Source of the DNA: Chiloscyllium plagiosum
Lineage: Eukaryota
Direction: 5' to 3'
DNA length: 64,000 nt
Assembly: GCF_004010195.1 (NCBI RefSeq)
Contig: NC_057755.1
Coordinates: 10,077,989 to 10,141,988 of the forward strand
Below are positions 1 through 13,500 of this stretch, piece after piece. The notes under the pieces are model-generated. The model was not told the DNA's origin. It worked only from the letters and a program-made list of their open reading frames with translations, and searched no databases. Within the stretch, counting starts at the first letter, position 1. Every line of letters starts with the position of its first letter. The position numbers were made by a program, and so were the translations under genes.

Positions 1-255
1 AATATAACTAACTTATCATTCTGCATATTTCAATATTACACATGAAAATCAATTCCCCAGTTCGTACCTTCAGTGCTTTTTGCATATAATTGAAGAATTT
101 GGTTTCCCAAAGTCGATGTAATTTAATTTAGACCGAACATGGGTGGATCTTTTACTGGTCTCTGGGCAATTAGACATCAGCCTTAAAGAGTGATACAGCC
201 CACATTACATGAATGTGTAAAGAATATCCGTACTATGAAATAAAAGTGATCTCAC

Positions 256-394
256 CGAATGCTTGTGCATGTATGCTGTTTTCATGGTCTCCATTTGAAT
301 GGGGTTGTGGAGCTGAATATCCATTCATGGAATTCCTGGATTTAATTTCATTGCAAATGTCCGGTGTTTCAGACACAATATGTTTCTCTTTGTT
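256..394 (-). CDS. Repeat-protein exon A5 (phase 0 to 1): NKEKHIVSETPDICNEIKSRNSMNGYSAPQPHSNGDHENSIHAQAF; gene continues beyond the left edge
   Basis: Acceptor cttgctctaacAG, donor G|GTGAGA, 139 nt open frame; homologous to the exons at 4842 and 8458 (NKE...HxNGxHE). Confidence 0.75.
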
Positions 395-3084
395 CTGTTA
401 GAGCAAGATTGTAAATCATCAGCAAGGGAGTGACATTTCCTTACATATTCTGTATTGACAATAAACAGAGCAAGGGAACTGGGTTTTGATATCTGCTCTG
501 GTGAATATCTGTGTGGAGTTTGCACATTCTGTGGATTTGTAGGTTCGGCGCATTAGTCGGGGTAATGTAGCATAATTGGGTAGCGGAATGGGTCTGGGTA
601 GATTACTCTTAGGAGAGTTGGTGTGCACTTGTTTGGAGAAAGGACCTGTTTCCACACTGCTGATAATCTATGAGAATACGATTCTCCCTGTGCCTGTGAG
701 GGTTTTCTCGCATAGTCCAAAGATTTGCAGGTTTGGTCGAATGGCCACAGCAAGTTGCCCAGATGGCCATGGATGTACAGGCCAGATATATTACCCATAC
801 ACATAAGGGTGAAGTGGTTCTCCTGGATGAAATATTTTTCAAATTGGGTGAATGGCGAACTTGCATGATGAGGTTTCTCTGATTCTAACTAATTAATTTG
901 ACAAATGCCCAATGAGTTGCATTATGTTTACTTCCCTGTGACTGAAACTGCCTTTAAATGTCAAATTAAGGAGAACAATTCTCCACAAATACTTGCTTTT
1001 ACATTTTGCGTGATTGTAATGACAGACGTTAACAAGATCTCAATGTGTGATATGGCCATTAACTGTAGAAATCTTAAGGAATCCCTGCCTGGCAAAAGTA
1101 GATGCTAGACATGTTACTGACGCGTACAAATGCAGAAGGCACAGATATATTTCATCTCATATCAATTTGACTAATCCTTTGTTTGAATACAAGTGAGGAG
1201 CGATGTCTCAGAATAAAGATGTGAAGAGCACAAATGGAAGGCGTAGAAAGGTTGACAATATTGAGCCAACTTGGTGCTGACCAGAGAATAACATTTGTTC
1301 TCAGAGGCAAGGATGCCGATATGATGTGCAAGACGGAGGAAGAGTTTCAAGTCCAAAAGTCGAGGTTATCAGGGGATGTCTGAGTTAGATGTTTTAAATG
1401 TGGGTAAGGTCGATCGCCAAGCGGACAGCAGTTCAGACAGCCAGAATATAACTTTTTTTTATTATATCTTATGTCACATAGGGGAGAACTGGAGTTTGTA
1501 TCGGTTATCTCAGAAATGAAACTTTGAGGATTAATGTGACATCATTGGAAATCAGATCGACATTAATTATATTCAAGCACGCATATGAAAGTGGAATTTG
1601 TACATTCTGAAGTGGATTGCTTTTTGGTTCATTGATATGTAAGATTATGCGCTAACACTATCGAAGTGTAACAGATGCAATATTTACTTCCTTTGGAAGC
1701 CACTGACATTATTCTGAGCTAAAAGTATTCCTCGATTTTCGTCTGAAAAAATACTTAGAAGTGGGAATTGAACGAATGAATAATTTTATTATCACGTGTA
1801 CTGGACAGAGAGGAAACAGTAAAATAAAAATTCGAAAGCTCTCCCACTGTTGCCCCGGTCATACACCATTTTGAATAGTTAGAAGAATAAGGAAAATTAA
1901 CAACAAAATAAGCATGGTCTAAAGTGTGTTCATCCGTCCTGAGCCAGCGTATTATCACTGACGCCCGCAAAACCGTCCTTCCTCCAACATTTTGCTACCA
2001 TCGACACTGGAACCAACTAATATATAAGGCACCAATCTTCAAGCAGCATCTTTTGCCGCGGGGCTGATTCTGCTCACACAATCTCGCTGACAACTACGAC
2101 GTTCCCAACAACATCAGCCTGTCATCTCTTGCTGCTGTGCCAACCTCACTGATGTGTCCATAATGCCCTTCTCCCACAGCTTCGCCACCAGTGCCAGAAC
2201 CAACCAGCGACAAAGTCAGCAACCCACAGCGGCTTCCTTTCGTTCTTGGTCTTACCGTGGTCGATGTAACCGCTGCTAACAAGCAGTCACCGATTCCAAT
2301 GCTAGATTTCATGCACACTCCATGGAAAGTAAGAAATGAGTCAATTGAGTTCACAGTGGGCTCACTCACTGTCTCACTCACTGCTGCTATTACCATCAAA
2401 GATCAAGACAGGAGGGTGAGTAAAAGAAAGCAAAACGAAAAGGAAAGAGAAAGCATTAAAAAGAGGAACAGAGAAATAACAGTCAGTCATAGCGGAGATG
2501 TACTGGCTAACGACACCATCTCCATTGCCACCTTGATGATGAAAGTGCATGTGAAATGCATCAGACTGGTTACATCAAGCTGTTGTTGAATCATAGAGAC
2601 CTCAAATCATTGAATCCCAGCAGTGCGGAAACAGGCCATTCGGCCCAAAGAGTCGGCACGAACTCTCCAAATGGCATCCCACCCAAGACCACCTTCACCA
2701 CAACTCCGAAACATCACTTGGATTTTATCAAAGTTAACAAACCTGATCACATATTCTTGTACATTAGGCGGTACTTTTTTAAGCACGGCCTATCCACCTA
2801 AGCTGCACTGCTTTGCAGAAGACAAGATAGGTCCTTTGGCCCATCATGCCCTGCTGCCCAGAAACAGCCATCTAACTATTGTAGTCCTATTTGCCAGCAC
2901 TTGGCCGAGAGTCTTGCCTGCCTTGTCCCTTCTTCTCAAATAAAATCGTATATTGGATAGCAATAAGTTTATATGAATCATAATGCAAACTCATGAACCT
3001 GGAATTACCAGAAAAAAATCAGGACAAAGGAACCTCAAATTCTTTCAGAGTAAGTGAATTCTAATCGAAATAATTTACACTAAC

Positions 3085-3197
3085 CTTGTCCACATCTTTT
3101 TTACTAACTTCCAGTAGTTTGTCCTGTTGTAGCTCTGCATCTCTGGATTGTTGAATGCCAGCTTCTGTTGACAAAGGTACACCTTCTCCATTACTCT
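3085..3197 (-). CDS. Repeat-protein exon B4 (phase 1 to 0): SNGEGVPLSTEAGIQQSRDAELQQDKLLEVSKKDVDK
   Basis: Acceptor tttgcattttctAG, donor AAG|GTTAGT, 113 nt open frame; lies within ORF 3061..3417. Confidence 0.75.
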
Positions 3198-4254
3198 CTA
3201 GAAAATGCAAAATAGTAATGACTTCAGTGAAAAATGCAAAGGTGCAATATAATAAACCCAAGGAGAGGCTACATCTTTTGTTTTGGGGCTTCAATGTGTG
3301 GGATATAATGGAATACATTTTCTCACTAACGTGATAACTTTTTTTTTGTTTTACCTGTGATATTAGTTTCAACCCTTCACTCTTCATTCCCATCACAAGG
3401 AAATTATTAATTAACAATTTTACAGTTTTATGCTAGATATGAAAACTCCATTCTCTAATTAGTTCCTTAAGTAAATTTTGCATACATTCGAATTGGTTGT
3501 CCAACCCAACATCAATGCTACTTAATTATACACAGAACAAGTGCACATTCAGATCTCCCTTTTTGCTGTAATACTCTTCACATTGATGTAAAAGTTCAAA
3601 ATTTGTGCTTGATTTGCATCACTCTTCTTGCTCAGTAGTCCACAAGCAATAAGTTTTCATAATAATTTTTATTTCTTCGTTCCCCAATTCAATTCTAGGT
3701 AATAATATTGAGAAAAGAATTTCACTTTCAGCACTGGTTACTGTGAAACTTTGAATTCAGAAAGCTGTTACACCACTCTATCCCTCTTTCCTGTCTTTGC
3801 TGTCATTGAGTGTCCTTCAGACCGACATCAATAGCTTCTTCAGTCATGGAATCAAGTGTGACAAGGAGAAGGCAGGAAAATGGGGTTGAGAAACATATCA
3901 GCCATGAAGGAATAGTACAGCAGACACAGTTTACAGAATGGTCTAATTCTGCTCCTATATGCTATTGTATTATGATGGTAAGAGGAACCGCCTTCATTTG
4001 CTTCTCTTCTTTTGTTACCTCCGAAGTTAAACACAACAAGTAGATCCCTTTGCTTCTACTACACGTTCATTTCCAGTCTGAATAACCGTTCCAATTCTGA
4101 AACTGAATAACCGCTCCAATTCTGAAACGGAGCAGGAAGCTCAGCCTCTGAATTCTCACTGTCAGCTGCAGCAAAATGTCTATTCCCCTAACTCTGTCGA
4201 CTCCTACCCACACTACATTCCAATTCCATAAACAAAATCTCGACTTAAAAGTTT

Positions 4255-4470
4255 AACAATAACCATGAAACCGTTGTCGAATATCACGTAAATCCATTTG
4301 GTTCAGTGACGTCATTTCAGGAAGGAAACTGCTATCCTTACCTGGTCTGCTCTGCTTTTGACTCCAGACCCATAGCAATATGGTGGATTCTTGATTGCCC
4401 TCTGGGCAATTATGCACAAACAATAAAGGCTGGTCCAGACTAGGGTACCCACATCCCATGAATAAATAAA
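4255..4470 (+). mobile_element. Deu-domain (SacSINE1-like) SINE fragment; related copies at about 7160-7310, 17960-18285, 18860-19200, 22850-23160 and 24020-24370 (minus)
   Basis: Shared motif ggttcactaatgtcctttagggaaggaaa...tgactccagacccacagcaat, recognised from memory of the family. Confidence 0.6.
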
Positions 4471-4473
4471 CAT

Positions 4474-4805
4474 AGAACATTACAGCGCAGTAAAGACCCT
4501 TCGGCCCTCGATGTTGCACCTCCCTGTCATACTAATCTGAAGCCCATCCCACCTACACTCTTCCATGTACGTCAATTTGCCGTCCAATGACGATTTAAAT
4601 GCACTTAAACTTGGCGAATCTACTACCGATGCAGGCAAAGCATTCCATACCTTTACTACTCTCTGAGGAAAGAACATACCTCTGACATCTGTCTTATACC
4701 TATCTCCTCTCAATTTAAAGTTGTGTCCCCTCGTGTTTGCCGTCCCCATACTTGGAAAAAGGCTCTCCCTGTCCACCCTATCTAACCCTCTGATTATCTT
4801 GCATG
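4474..4805 (-). mobile_element. CR1-type LINE 3' end
   Basis: TRGHNFKL...DVRGMFFPQRVVKVWNALP C-terminal motif plus 3' tail. Confidence 0.85.
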
Positions 4806-4841
4806 ACTCATATCCATTGGAGGAAATAAATGTAACCCCAC

Positions 4842-4983
4842 CAGAAACATTTTCGCCATTTTCATGGGCTCCATTTGGATGGAGTTGTGGAGTTGAATAT
4901 GCATTCGCTGTATCCGTGGTGTTAATGTCATTGGCGTTGTCCTTAGAGCATAGCGTTTCAGTCACTCCATCTTCCTCTTTGTT
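4842..4983 (-). CDS. Repeat-protein exon A4: NKEEDGVTETLCSKDNANDINTTDTANAYSTPQLHPNGAHENGENVS
   Basis: Acceptor cttgctcaaacAG, weak donor G|GTGGGG, 142 nt open frame. Confidence 0.65.
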
Positions 4984-5999
4984 CTGTTTGAGCAAGATTA
5001 CACTTTGTTAACAAGGGAATGACAATGCCTCATCTATTCTGTAGTCACAAGGCAGAGAGTCAGGGACACGTGTTTGATACCAACTCTGCGGGACTGTCTG
5101 AGTGGAGCTTGCACATTCTACCTGTGCCTGCATGGGTTTCATCTGCTTTCCTCCCACAGTCCAAAGACATGGATTGGCAAATTTCCATGGATGTGTAGGG
5201 ATGTATAAGCGAGGTAGTTTACCCACCATAAATATGAGGAGAGAGTGGGGTTCTGCTCCTGGTTTCAATGTTCTTTAGATGGGCTGAATTGCATCTATTT
5301 TCATTTTTAGGATTCGATGATTCTGAATTATTAATTTGACAAATGCCATAAAGTTTACAACACGTTTATCTCCCTTTAACTGAAAGAGTCTTTAAATGTC
5401 AACATAAAAAGAAAAAAATAATCTTTAAAATATTTGCTTTTCCATCTTGATGCCAAGTTGATGCGTAAATTGCGTGGGAAAAATGATAGGTCAGGACTAA
5501 AATGCTCTCTTTCCATCATAGAGATCTGAAATAATAGAGATCCCTGCAATTCAGAAAGAAGGCATTCGCCCCATTTCGTCTGCACCAAATCTCAGAATGG
5601 CATCCCACCCAGACCCAAACCACCACAACCCCAAAACTGCATTGGGATTTTACCAGTAACTCCACCTAACCAACACACCGCTTAACTCTACGGAGCATTT
5701 TTGGCATTGCCTATCTAACTGAATTGCACACCGTTTATGCAGAGATAACCAGCTCGCTATTTTAATGGTATTTGCAAGCACTTGGGCCCCAGCCTTTACT
5801 GCTTGGTCTGTCTTCTCAAATAGAATCTTTCATTGGATGGGAATTACTTTTTGGCTCGTTATAGAAATTGCTGGTCCTCGAAATACAAGAAACAATATAC
5901 TTTTGGTCAAATTCAAACATCAGTTAAGATCTATTTATGACAGAGGAAGTACGATTTCTTCAAGGTGAGTGAATTTTGACGGAGTGGATTTACACTGAC

Positions 6000-6115
6000 C
6001 TTACACACATCTTCTGTACTAATTTCCAATGGATTGTTTTGCTGTTGCTCTGCATCTTTAGATTGTGGAATGTCAGCTCCTGTTGACAAATTTGCATCTT
6101 CTTCATTATCGTTCA
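6000..6115 (-). CDS. Repeat-protein exon B3: NDNEEDANLSTGADIPQSKDAEQQQNNPLEISTEDVCK
   Basis: Acceptor ttttgcatttcctAG, donor AAG|GTCAGT, 116 nt open frame. Confidence 0.75.
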
Positions 6116-7309
6116 CTAGGAAATGCAAAACAAAACGTGATTAGAACATCGCAAATTCAATGCATTGAAAATTTGAAATATAAAAATGAATTAAACCACA
6201 CGCAGAGAAAACTTCTTTTCCTTTGGGGCTTAATTGGGCTAAAAATAATGGAGTACATTTTTCACGAACGTGATACCTTTTGTGTTTTACTTTTGAAATT
6301 ATTATCAACCCTTCACTAGTGATTCCCTTCGTAACAAAATGATTATCCAGCCATTTTACAGTTCTACACGAAATCTAAAACATGCATCCCTGGTTAGTTC
6401 CTTCAACATACTTTGCATTCATTCGAGGAATTTACCCGACTTAACATCAATGTTACTTAATTGTTTCCAGAATTAATGTACATTCTGATCCCCCTGTATT
6501 CCTGTGCTCCTCTGTCACATTGATGAGTAATTTCAACAAATGTGCTTTGATTTGCATCACTACTCTTGGTCGATGATCCACAAACAATACGTTTATATTT
6601 GGATTTTTACTTCTTAGTTCACCCAGTCTAATACTACGTAATAACAATGAGAAGTAAGATTAACTTTCAACACTGATTCCCAGAAACCTCTCAATTAAGG
6701 GAAGTATTACAAAACTTCCGAGTTTTCTGTCCTTGCTGTCATTGATTGTCTTTTAGGTCGATATCGACAGGTTTTTTTAAAGTAAATGAATCAAGGGTTA
6801 CAGGGAGAAGGCAGGAGAACAGGTTTGAGAAGCATATCAGCCATGGAAAAATAGTAGAGCAGACACGGTATAACGAATAGTCTAGTTCTGCTCTGTTTTT
6901 TTATGGCATTATGTTCGTAAGAATAAGCTCTTTATCAGCTTCTCTTCTTTTGTTACAACCCGCGTTAACCGCAAATAGTTCCCTCGTTCATTTCCAGTTT
7001 GAACAAATAGCTCCAATCCTCAAACTAAGCATGTAGCACAAACTCTGAATTCTAACTTTCAGCTGCAGCAGAATGCCTATTCCCCCAACTCTACCGTCTC
7101 CTGCTTCCACTACATTCTAAATAAATAAGTGTAAATCTGGAATTGAGAGCAAAATGATGATTATGAAACATTTGTCAACTATCAGATAAATCCATTTGTT
7201 TCAGTAGCGTCCTTTAGGCACCGACACGGTCAAACCTATATGGCCTGATCTGCCTACAACTCCAGGCACACAGCAATATGTTGGACTCTTGATTGCCCCC
7301 TAGGCAATT

Positions 7310-8300
7310 AGGGTCGAGAATGTAGTGTTGGAAAAGCACAGCAGAGCAGGCAGCGTCCGAGAGGTAGGAGAATCAATGCTTCAGCCGTAAACCATTCATT
7401 ATAAATGGGGCTTGTGGGTCGGTGCTGAGAGTTAAATGGGATGGGGTGGGGCTGGTGAAAGATAACTGAAGAAGTGTCAGGTGGAGATGGTGATTGTAAA
7501 GGTGATAGGTCAGAAGATGAGTGATGGACGGGTCCAGGGGACACTGCCGAGTTGGAGATTTGAGACTGGGATAATGAGGGGAGAGGAGAAACGAGGAAGC
7601 TTTTTTTAAATCCTCATTTATCCCGTGTAGTTGCAGAGTCCCAAGGCAGAAAAAGAGGAGTTCCTCCTCCAGATGTCGCATGGAAACAGTTTGTCCCAGG
7701 ACCTGAATGTCCTTGACAGTGAGGGAGGATAGGTTGACACGTCCAGACAAGGACGGTGGGAAAGTTGACTGCCGATGTCCCGGAGATGTTCTCGGAAACA
7801 ACCCGCAAGAAGGCATCCTGTCTTCCTGATGTAGAGGATACCACATCGGATGGCAACAGATGCAGTAAATGACGTTGGTAGAGGTGCTGGTACAGTTGTG
7901 ATGGATGCGGAATGATCCCTTCAGGCCTTGGATCGAGGTGATGGGAGTGGTGTGGGCGCAGATTTTACACTTCCTGTGGTGCAAGGAGTGTGGTAGGCTG
8001 GTGGGGGATATGGACCTGGCGAGAGAGTTGCAGATGGAATGGTCTGTTCGGAATGCTGACAGGGTTGGGGAGTCAAATATATCTCTCGAGGTGCGGTCTG
8101 TTTGGAGGTGGTGGAAGTGGTGAAGGATGATGCGTTGTATGCGGATGTTGTTGGGATGGAAGGTGAAGACTAGGAGTGTTCTGTCCTTGCGTTTTAGGAG
8201 GGGTGGTGTCCAAGGGCGGTGGTGCGTGAAGTGGAGGAGATGCGCTGGAGGGCATCACCAACCAGGTGGGAAGGAAAGTTGCAGTCGTGGAAGAAGGAGG
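7310..8300 (-). mobile_element. Degraded Penelope-like element 3' part (GIY-YIG endonuclease with Cys-rich motif, Neptune-like)
   Basis: ORF 7373..7984 CKIC...TSTSTNVIYCICC...LFFCLGTLQLHGIN, followed by the typical 3' terminal sequence. Confidence 0.75.
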
Positions 8301-8457
8301 TCATATGGGACTCACTTAGTTGGAATTGGTGATCCCAGAAACAGATCCAGCGGAGGCAGAGTAATTGACAATAAAAGATAATCCCGAATGGGTTGCCCAC
8401 ACCCTATGAATGAGTAAATAAAAGTCATATCCATTGCAGGAAATAAAATAATCTCAC

Positions 8458-8599
8458 CAGAAACATCTTTGCCTTTTTCATGCTCTCCATTTGGATGTGG
8501 TTGTCGAGCTGATTCTGAATTCGTTTCAGTCATGGGTTTAATGTCATTGCAATTGTCCTTACACCGTAATATATCAGTCATAGCATTTTCCTCTTTGTT
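8458..8599 (-). CDS. Repeat-protein exon A3: NKEENAMTDILRCKDNCNDIKPMTETNSESARQPHPNGEHEKGKDVS
   Basis: Acceptor ttcttgctcaaacAG, donor G|GTGAGA, 142 nt open frame. Confidence 0.78.
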
Positions 8600-10415
8600 C
8601 TGTTTGAGCAAGAATACAATTTGTTAGCAAGGGAATGACAATTCCTTACCTATTCTGAATCTGCAATGCACAGAGTGAGGGATCTGGATTTGGTATCAGC
8701 TCTCGGGGACTGTCTGTGATAATTTTGCAAATTCTCCCCATTTCTCCGTTGGTTTCGATGGCTTTCTTCCCACAGTCCAAAGATGTAGATTGTCCATGTC
8801 AATTTTCTGCGAATGTCCAGGGAGTAATTGGCTAGGTAGATTAACCACGATTAAAATGAAGATCGTGTTGTTGTATGCTCATGGGGGAAATGTTGTTCTG
8901 ATGGGCTGCATGGTGTCAATTTGCACTGTGGGGATTCTAAGATTAAAAATGATTAATTTGATTCGCGCCAGAAGGTTTACACCACAGTTACTTCCTTTTG
9001 ACTGAAATAGGTTGTAAATGCCGAATTAAGGATAATAAATCACTCTAAAGCATTTGACCTTACATCTCGATTCATTGACAGGAGAGACAGCAAGATCACT
9101 TCACTTGTCTGATATGGCGATTGACTTTAGAAATCTCTAGGAATCCCTGAACAACAAAACAATGTGCTTAATGTGCAACTGATGAGTAAAAATTCAGGAG
9201 GAACAGATATATTTCACATCAGAAGTGTCGGAATAAAATATCAGTTTAGTAAATATAGGGAGAAATATTCCAATGTAAAGAAGTGAAGAGCACAAATGGA
9301 AAGCACAGAGTGATTGTCAAAATTGAAAGAATTGCACATTAACTAGAAAATAATATGCAATACAACAATTCGTCCTTGGAGGCAAGATGCTGATATGACT
9401 TGCAATAGAGAGGGCAAGTTAAAAATACAAATGATGGGGTGATGAGGACTGGACAGACCCAGTTGTGTTGATTATAGGTAAGATCCATCACCACCTGGAC
9501 ACCTGCTGAGACAAACAGTATGTAACTTCGTATTTCTGACATCACAAAGAGAACAACTGGAGCTATTATCACTTATCTCAGAAATAAAACATTGGCAATT
9601 CATGGGACATCATTGGAAGTCAGATCTACATTAATAATATCCAGGCTCTCGCCTAAAAGAGGTATTTCTGAAAACTTGTTGTACAGTTGTTGCTATTGAA
9701 TATGATAAAATATGCAATAACGCCATCTATAGGTAGAAGATCCAATATTCATTTAGTTTGAGAGCCAGCCACATTACTCTGGAGTGAAATATGACCACGG
9801 TTTTCAGGTAAGAGAGACATGAAAGTAGAAATTGCGTGGATAATGCATAGGTTCGTAAGAAATTCGTAGTTATAGAGTCTCAGAGATCTAGAATTATAGA
9901 ATCCCACACTGCAGAAAGAGATTTTTCTGCCCATCGAGTCTGTCCTAACACTTAGAAGGGCATCCCACCCAGACCCAAATCCATCGCCCCAATCCCTACA
10001 TTCCCAAAAGACCCTCTGGTTTTTGCAATGGTTAACTCACTAACCAACATACCCTAACTACAGGGCAATTATTCTTAACAGGCCAATCCAACTATCCGGC
10101 ACATCTATCCAAAACAATTAAAAGACGATTCAGCCCATCAGATCTGTGTCAGTTAGAGGCAACAAGACAAAAAAATTAATCTTATGTCCCAGTACTTGGT
10201 CCATGGTTTTTAATGTCTTGGTCTTTCTTCTCATGTAAAATGCAACATTGTAAATATTTATTTTCTAAGAACTGTGAGACTACTTGATGACCCTGTAAAT
10301 ACAATAAACAGTACACTTCTGTTGGGTTCCACTGTTGGATAAGATCCATTTATGACAAACGAAACTCAGCTTCAATTGAAGTGAATGAATTCTGATAGAA
10401 TGGAATTGCACTGAC

Positions 10416-10531
10416 CTCGTCCATATCTTCTTTAATTTTAAATGTATTGTCCTGCTGTAACGCTGCATCTTTGGATTGCTGAACGTCAGCCACAGTCGCC
10501 AAAGTTGCCATATTTACATTGTTATCACCCT
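10416..10531 (-). CDS. Repeat-protein exon B2: GDNNVNMATLATVADVQQSKDAALQQDNTFKIKEDMDE
   Basis: Acceptor gttttattttatAG, donor GAG|GTCAGT, 116 nt open frame. Confidence 0.72.
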
Positions 10532-10765
10532 CTATAAAATAAAACATTCATCACATCATTGCAAGATATAATGCACTAGCATCTTTAATTGGCAACAGTT
10601 CTGAACGACTGGAACATGCATAATTTACAACTGTACGAACGAATGTCAAGTACAATTGCTCATTAGAAACATGTAGAATTATTTATCTGTTTTGTAACCT
10701 CTTGCCATCCACAATAAATCTGTCGAATTGATGATTTCCTTATTTTGTTCTTACGTTTTGCAAGG

Positions 10766-12749
10766 TTTGTGAAGGTTTGTAGCTCAGGTTGAGGTTTAGG
10801 GTGTAGGTTTGCTCGCTGAGCTGTAGGTTTGATATCCAGACGTTTAATTACCTGGCTAGGTAACATCATCAGTAGCGACCTCCAAGTGAAGCGAAGCTGT
10901 TGTCGCCTGCTTTCTATTTATATCTTTCTCCTGGAGGGGGTTCCTGGGGTTTGTGGTGATGTAATTTCCTGTTCGTTTTCTGAGGGGTTTATAGATGGCA
11001 TCTAGATCTATGTGTTTGTTTATGGCGTTGTGGTTGGAGTGCCAGGCCTCTAGGAATTCTCTGGCATGTCTTTGCTTAGCCTGTCCCAGGATAGATGTGT
11101 TGTCCCAGTTGAAATGGTGGGGGTTTTTTTCATCCGTGTGTAGGGCTACGAGGGAGGGAGGGTAGTGTCTTTTTGTTGCTAGCTGGTGTTCGTGTATCCT
11201 GGTGGCTAACTTTATTCCTGTTTGTCCTACGTAGTGTTTGTGGCAGCCCTTGCATTGAATTTTGTAGATGACGTTGGTTTTGTCCATGGGTTGTACTGTG
11301 TCTTTTAAATTTGTTAGTTTTTGTTTGAGAGTGTTGGTGGGTTTGTGTGCTACTAGGATTCCGAGGGGTTTCAGAAGTCTGGCTGTCATTTCTGAAACTT
11401 CTCTGATGTTTGGTAAGGTGGTCAGGGTTTCTGGCTGTGTTTGGTCTGCTTGTCATGGTTTGTTCTTGAGGAATCTGGGCACTGCGTTTTTTGAGTATCC
11501 GTTCTTCTTGAATACGTCGTATAGGGGGTTCTCCTCTGTTTTTTGAAGTTCATCTGTGCTGCAGTGTGTGGTAGCTCGTTGGAATAGTGTTCTGATACAG
11601 CTTCGTTTGTGTGTTTTGGGATGGTTGCTGGTGTAGTTGAGTATTTGGTCAGTGTTTGTCAGTTTTCTGTATACGCAGGTTTGTAATTCTCCCTTATCAT
11701 TTCTTTCTACTGTGACGTCCAGAAAGGTGTCATCTAAGTAGCGAACCCAGATTTTTGGTTTGATAATTGGTAGGGCTGTTTGTTCTAGCCTTTGCATTAC
11801 CGCTTCTGCTATGAATCCTGATAACGGAGATCCCATGGGTGTGCCGTTGGTTTGTTTGTAGTGAAGTGAAAGTGAAGTGTGTGGTGAGGCACAGGTCCAC
11901 TAGTTTCATGATGTTTTCGTTGGTAATATGATTGATGGTGGTTGGTGTGTGTGTGATGGTCTCTTCTAAAAGTGTGGCTAGTGTTTCCTTTGCTCAGTCG
12001 AGATTGATGGAGGTGAACAGTGCTGTTACGTCGAATGAGATCATTGCTTCGTCTTCATCTATTTTGGTGTTTTTGATGATTTTTAGGAATTCCTGGGTGG
12101 AGTGGATGGAGTGTTGTGACTCTTCTACTAGGTACTTCAGTCTTGCGTGTAGTTCTTTGGCCAGTCTGTATTTGGTGTTCCGGGTAGTGAGACTGTGGGT
12201 CTGAGGGAGGCTCCTGGTTTATGGATTTTTGGTAGTCCGTAGAATCGTGGGGTGTTGGTCCCGTCGGGTTTCATTTTCTGGAATTCCGTCTTGTTTGTTT
12301 GTCCGGAATTGTGTAATTTCCTGAGGAGATATGTAATTTTGTTTCCTAGTTGTGTGGTCGGGTCTAGCGCCACCTTTTGGTAAACGTTGGTGTCTGCGAG
12401 TAGTGCATTGGTTTTCTCAATGGAGTCCGACCATTTCGACTGCGACAACACATCGATCCTGGGACAGGCTAAGGAAAGACATGCCAGAGAATTCCTAGAG
12501 GCCTGGCATTCCAACCACAACGCCATAAAAAACACATAGATCTAGATGCCATCTATCAACCCCTCAGAAAACGAACAAGAAATGACATCACCACAAACCC
12601 CTGGAACCCCCTCCAGGAGAAAGATATAAATAGAAAGCAGGAGACAACAGCTTCGCTTCACTTGGAGTTCACCACTGATGATGTTACCTAGCCAGGTAAT
12701 TAAACGTCTGGATATCAAACCTACAGCTCAGCAAGCAAACCTACACCCT
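10766..12749 (-). mobile_element. Penelope-like retroelement (RT plus GIY-YIG) with an inverted pseudo-LTR
   Basis: PRFYGLPKIHK, MGSPLS, WVRYLDDTF, NVIYKIQC..C..YVGQT..RIHEH..EAWHS; 12431-12749 is the reverse complement of about 10799-11117. Confidence 0.92.
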
Positions 12750-12899
12750 TGGCTTTTACTTGCCAAACATACAATTTGAAGTCATTGATTTTGCTTCAGC
12801 TTACTAAATATAAATTGGTGAACTGTCACATGTGTAAAGGTGTATAAATAATCGTACTACAATATGGTAACAGAAAACTTCCATTGGAATAAAACCAAA

Positions 12900-13500
12900 A
12901 TAACTGCAGAGGCTGTAAAAAATAAATAAATATTGAAATTATTGGAAATACCATGTAGGTCTGGCAGCATCTGTGAAGAGAAATAGAGTTAAGGATTCAG
13001 AATAGTCGCCCTTCCTCAGCATAGTAATTCTGCAGCCTTCTGGACTCAATATTGAATTCAATAACTTCAGGATTTGAGCTCTCCCATGACCTTACCCCAA
13101 TACCAGGCCTTGTGTAACACTGTCTGTAATAACTAATCCGTGTAACGCTGTCTGTAATGACATATTCTGTTATTACATTCAACCAATTTTTAGCAACTAA
13201 CAGTCCCTATTAATAAGTATTAACACTCCCAACCAGATGACTATCCACTCCTTTATCTGTACAGCTGTTCTTCTCCCTCTTTGGACTCTAACCCAAATTC
13301 TCTTTTACTTCTCACACCCTCCCACCACTCTATCTTCTGCGAAGAAACGACAATTTCCGAGCTACCATCAGTTTTGAGAAAGAGTAAAATATCCAGAAAG
13401 TAAACTCAGATTTCACTCTACGGGGGCTGTCAGACTGATGATTATTTTCCAGCAACTTCTGTTTTTTTTTCTGAATTACAGCATCCGCAGTCTCTTTGGC
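12900..13500. mobile_element. Short Penelope-derived element with inverted ends
   Basis: ctgcagaggctg...ctggcagcatctgtgaagagaaatagagtt on the left is mirrored by aactcagatttc...cagcatccgcagt on the right. Confidence 0.55.

Noticed and set aside
2094..2589. Overlapping 101 aa and 132 aa ORFs
   Set aside because: No recognisable motif or supported exon structure; probably an unclassified insertion in this duplication unit.
4078..4128. 25 bp direct repeat, possible CRISPR-like array
   Set aside because: Only two adjacent copies with no spacer, in eukaryotic DNA; a simple slippage duplication that is single-copy in the paralogous unit near 7000.
4480..4995. 171 aa ORF as one protein
   Set aside because: Chance read-through from exon A4 across the donor into a CR1 3' fragment.
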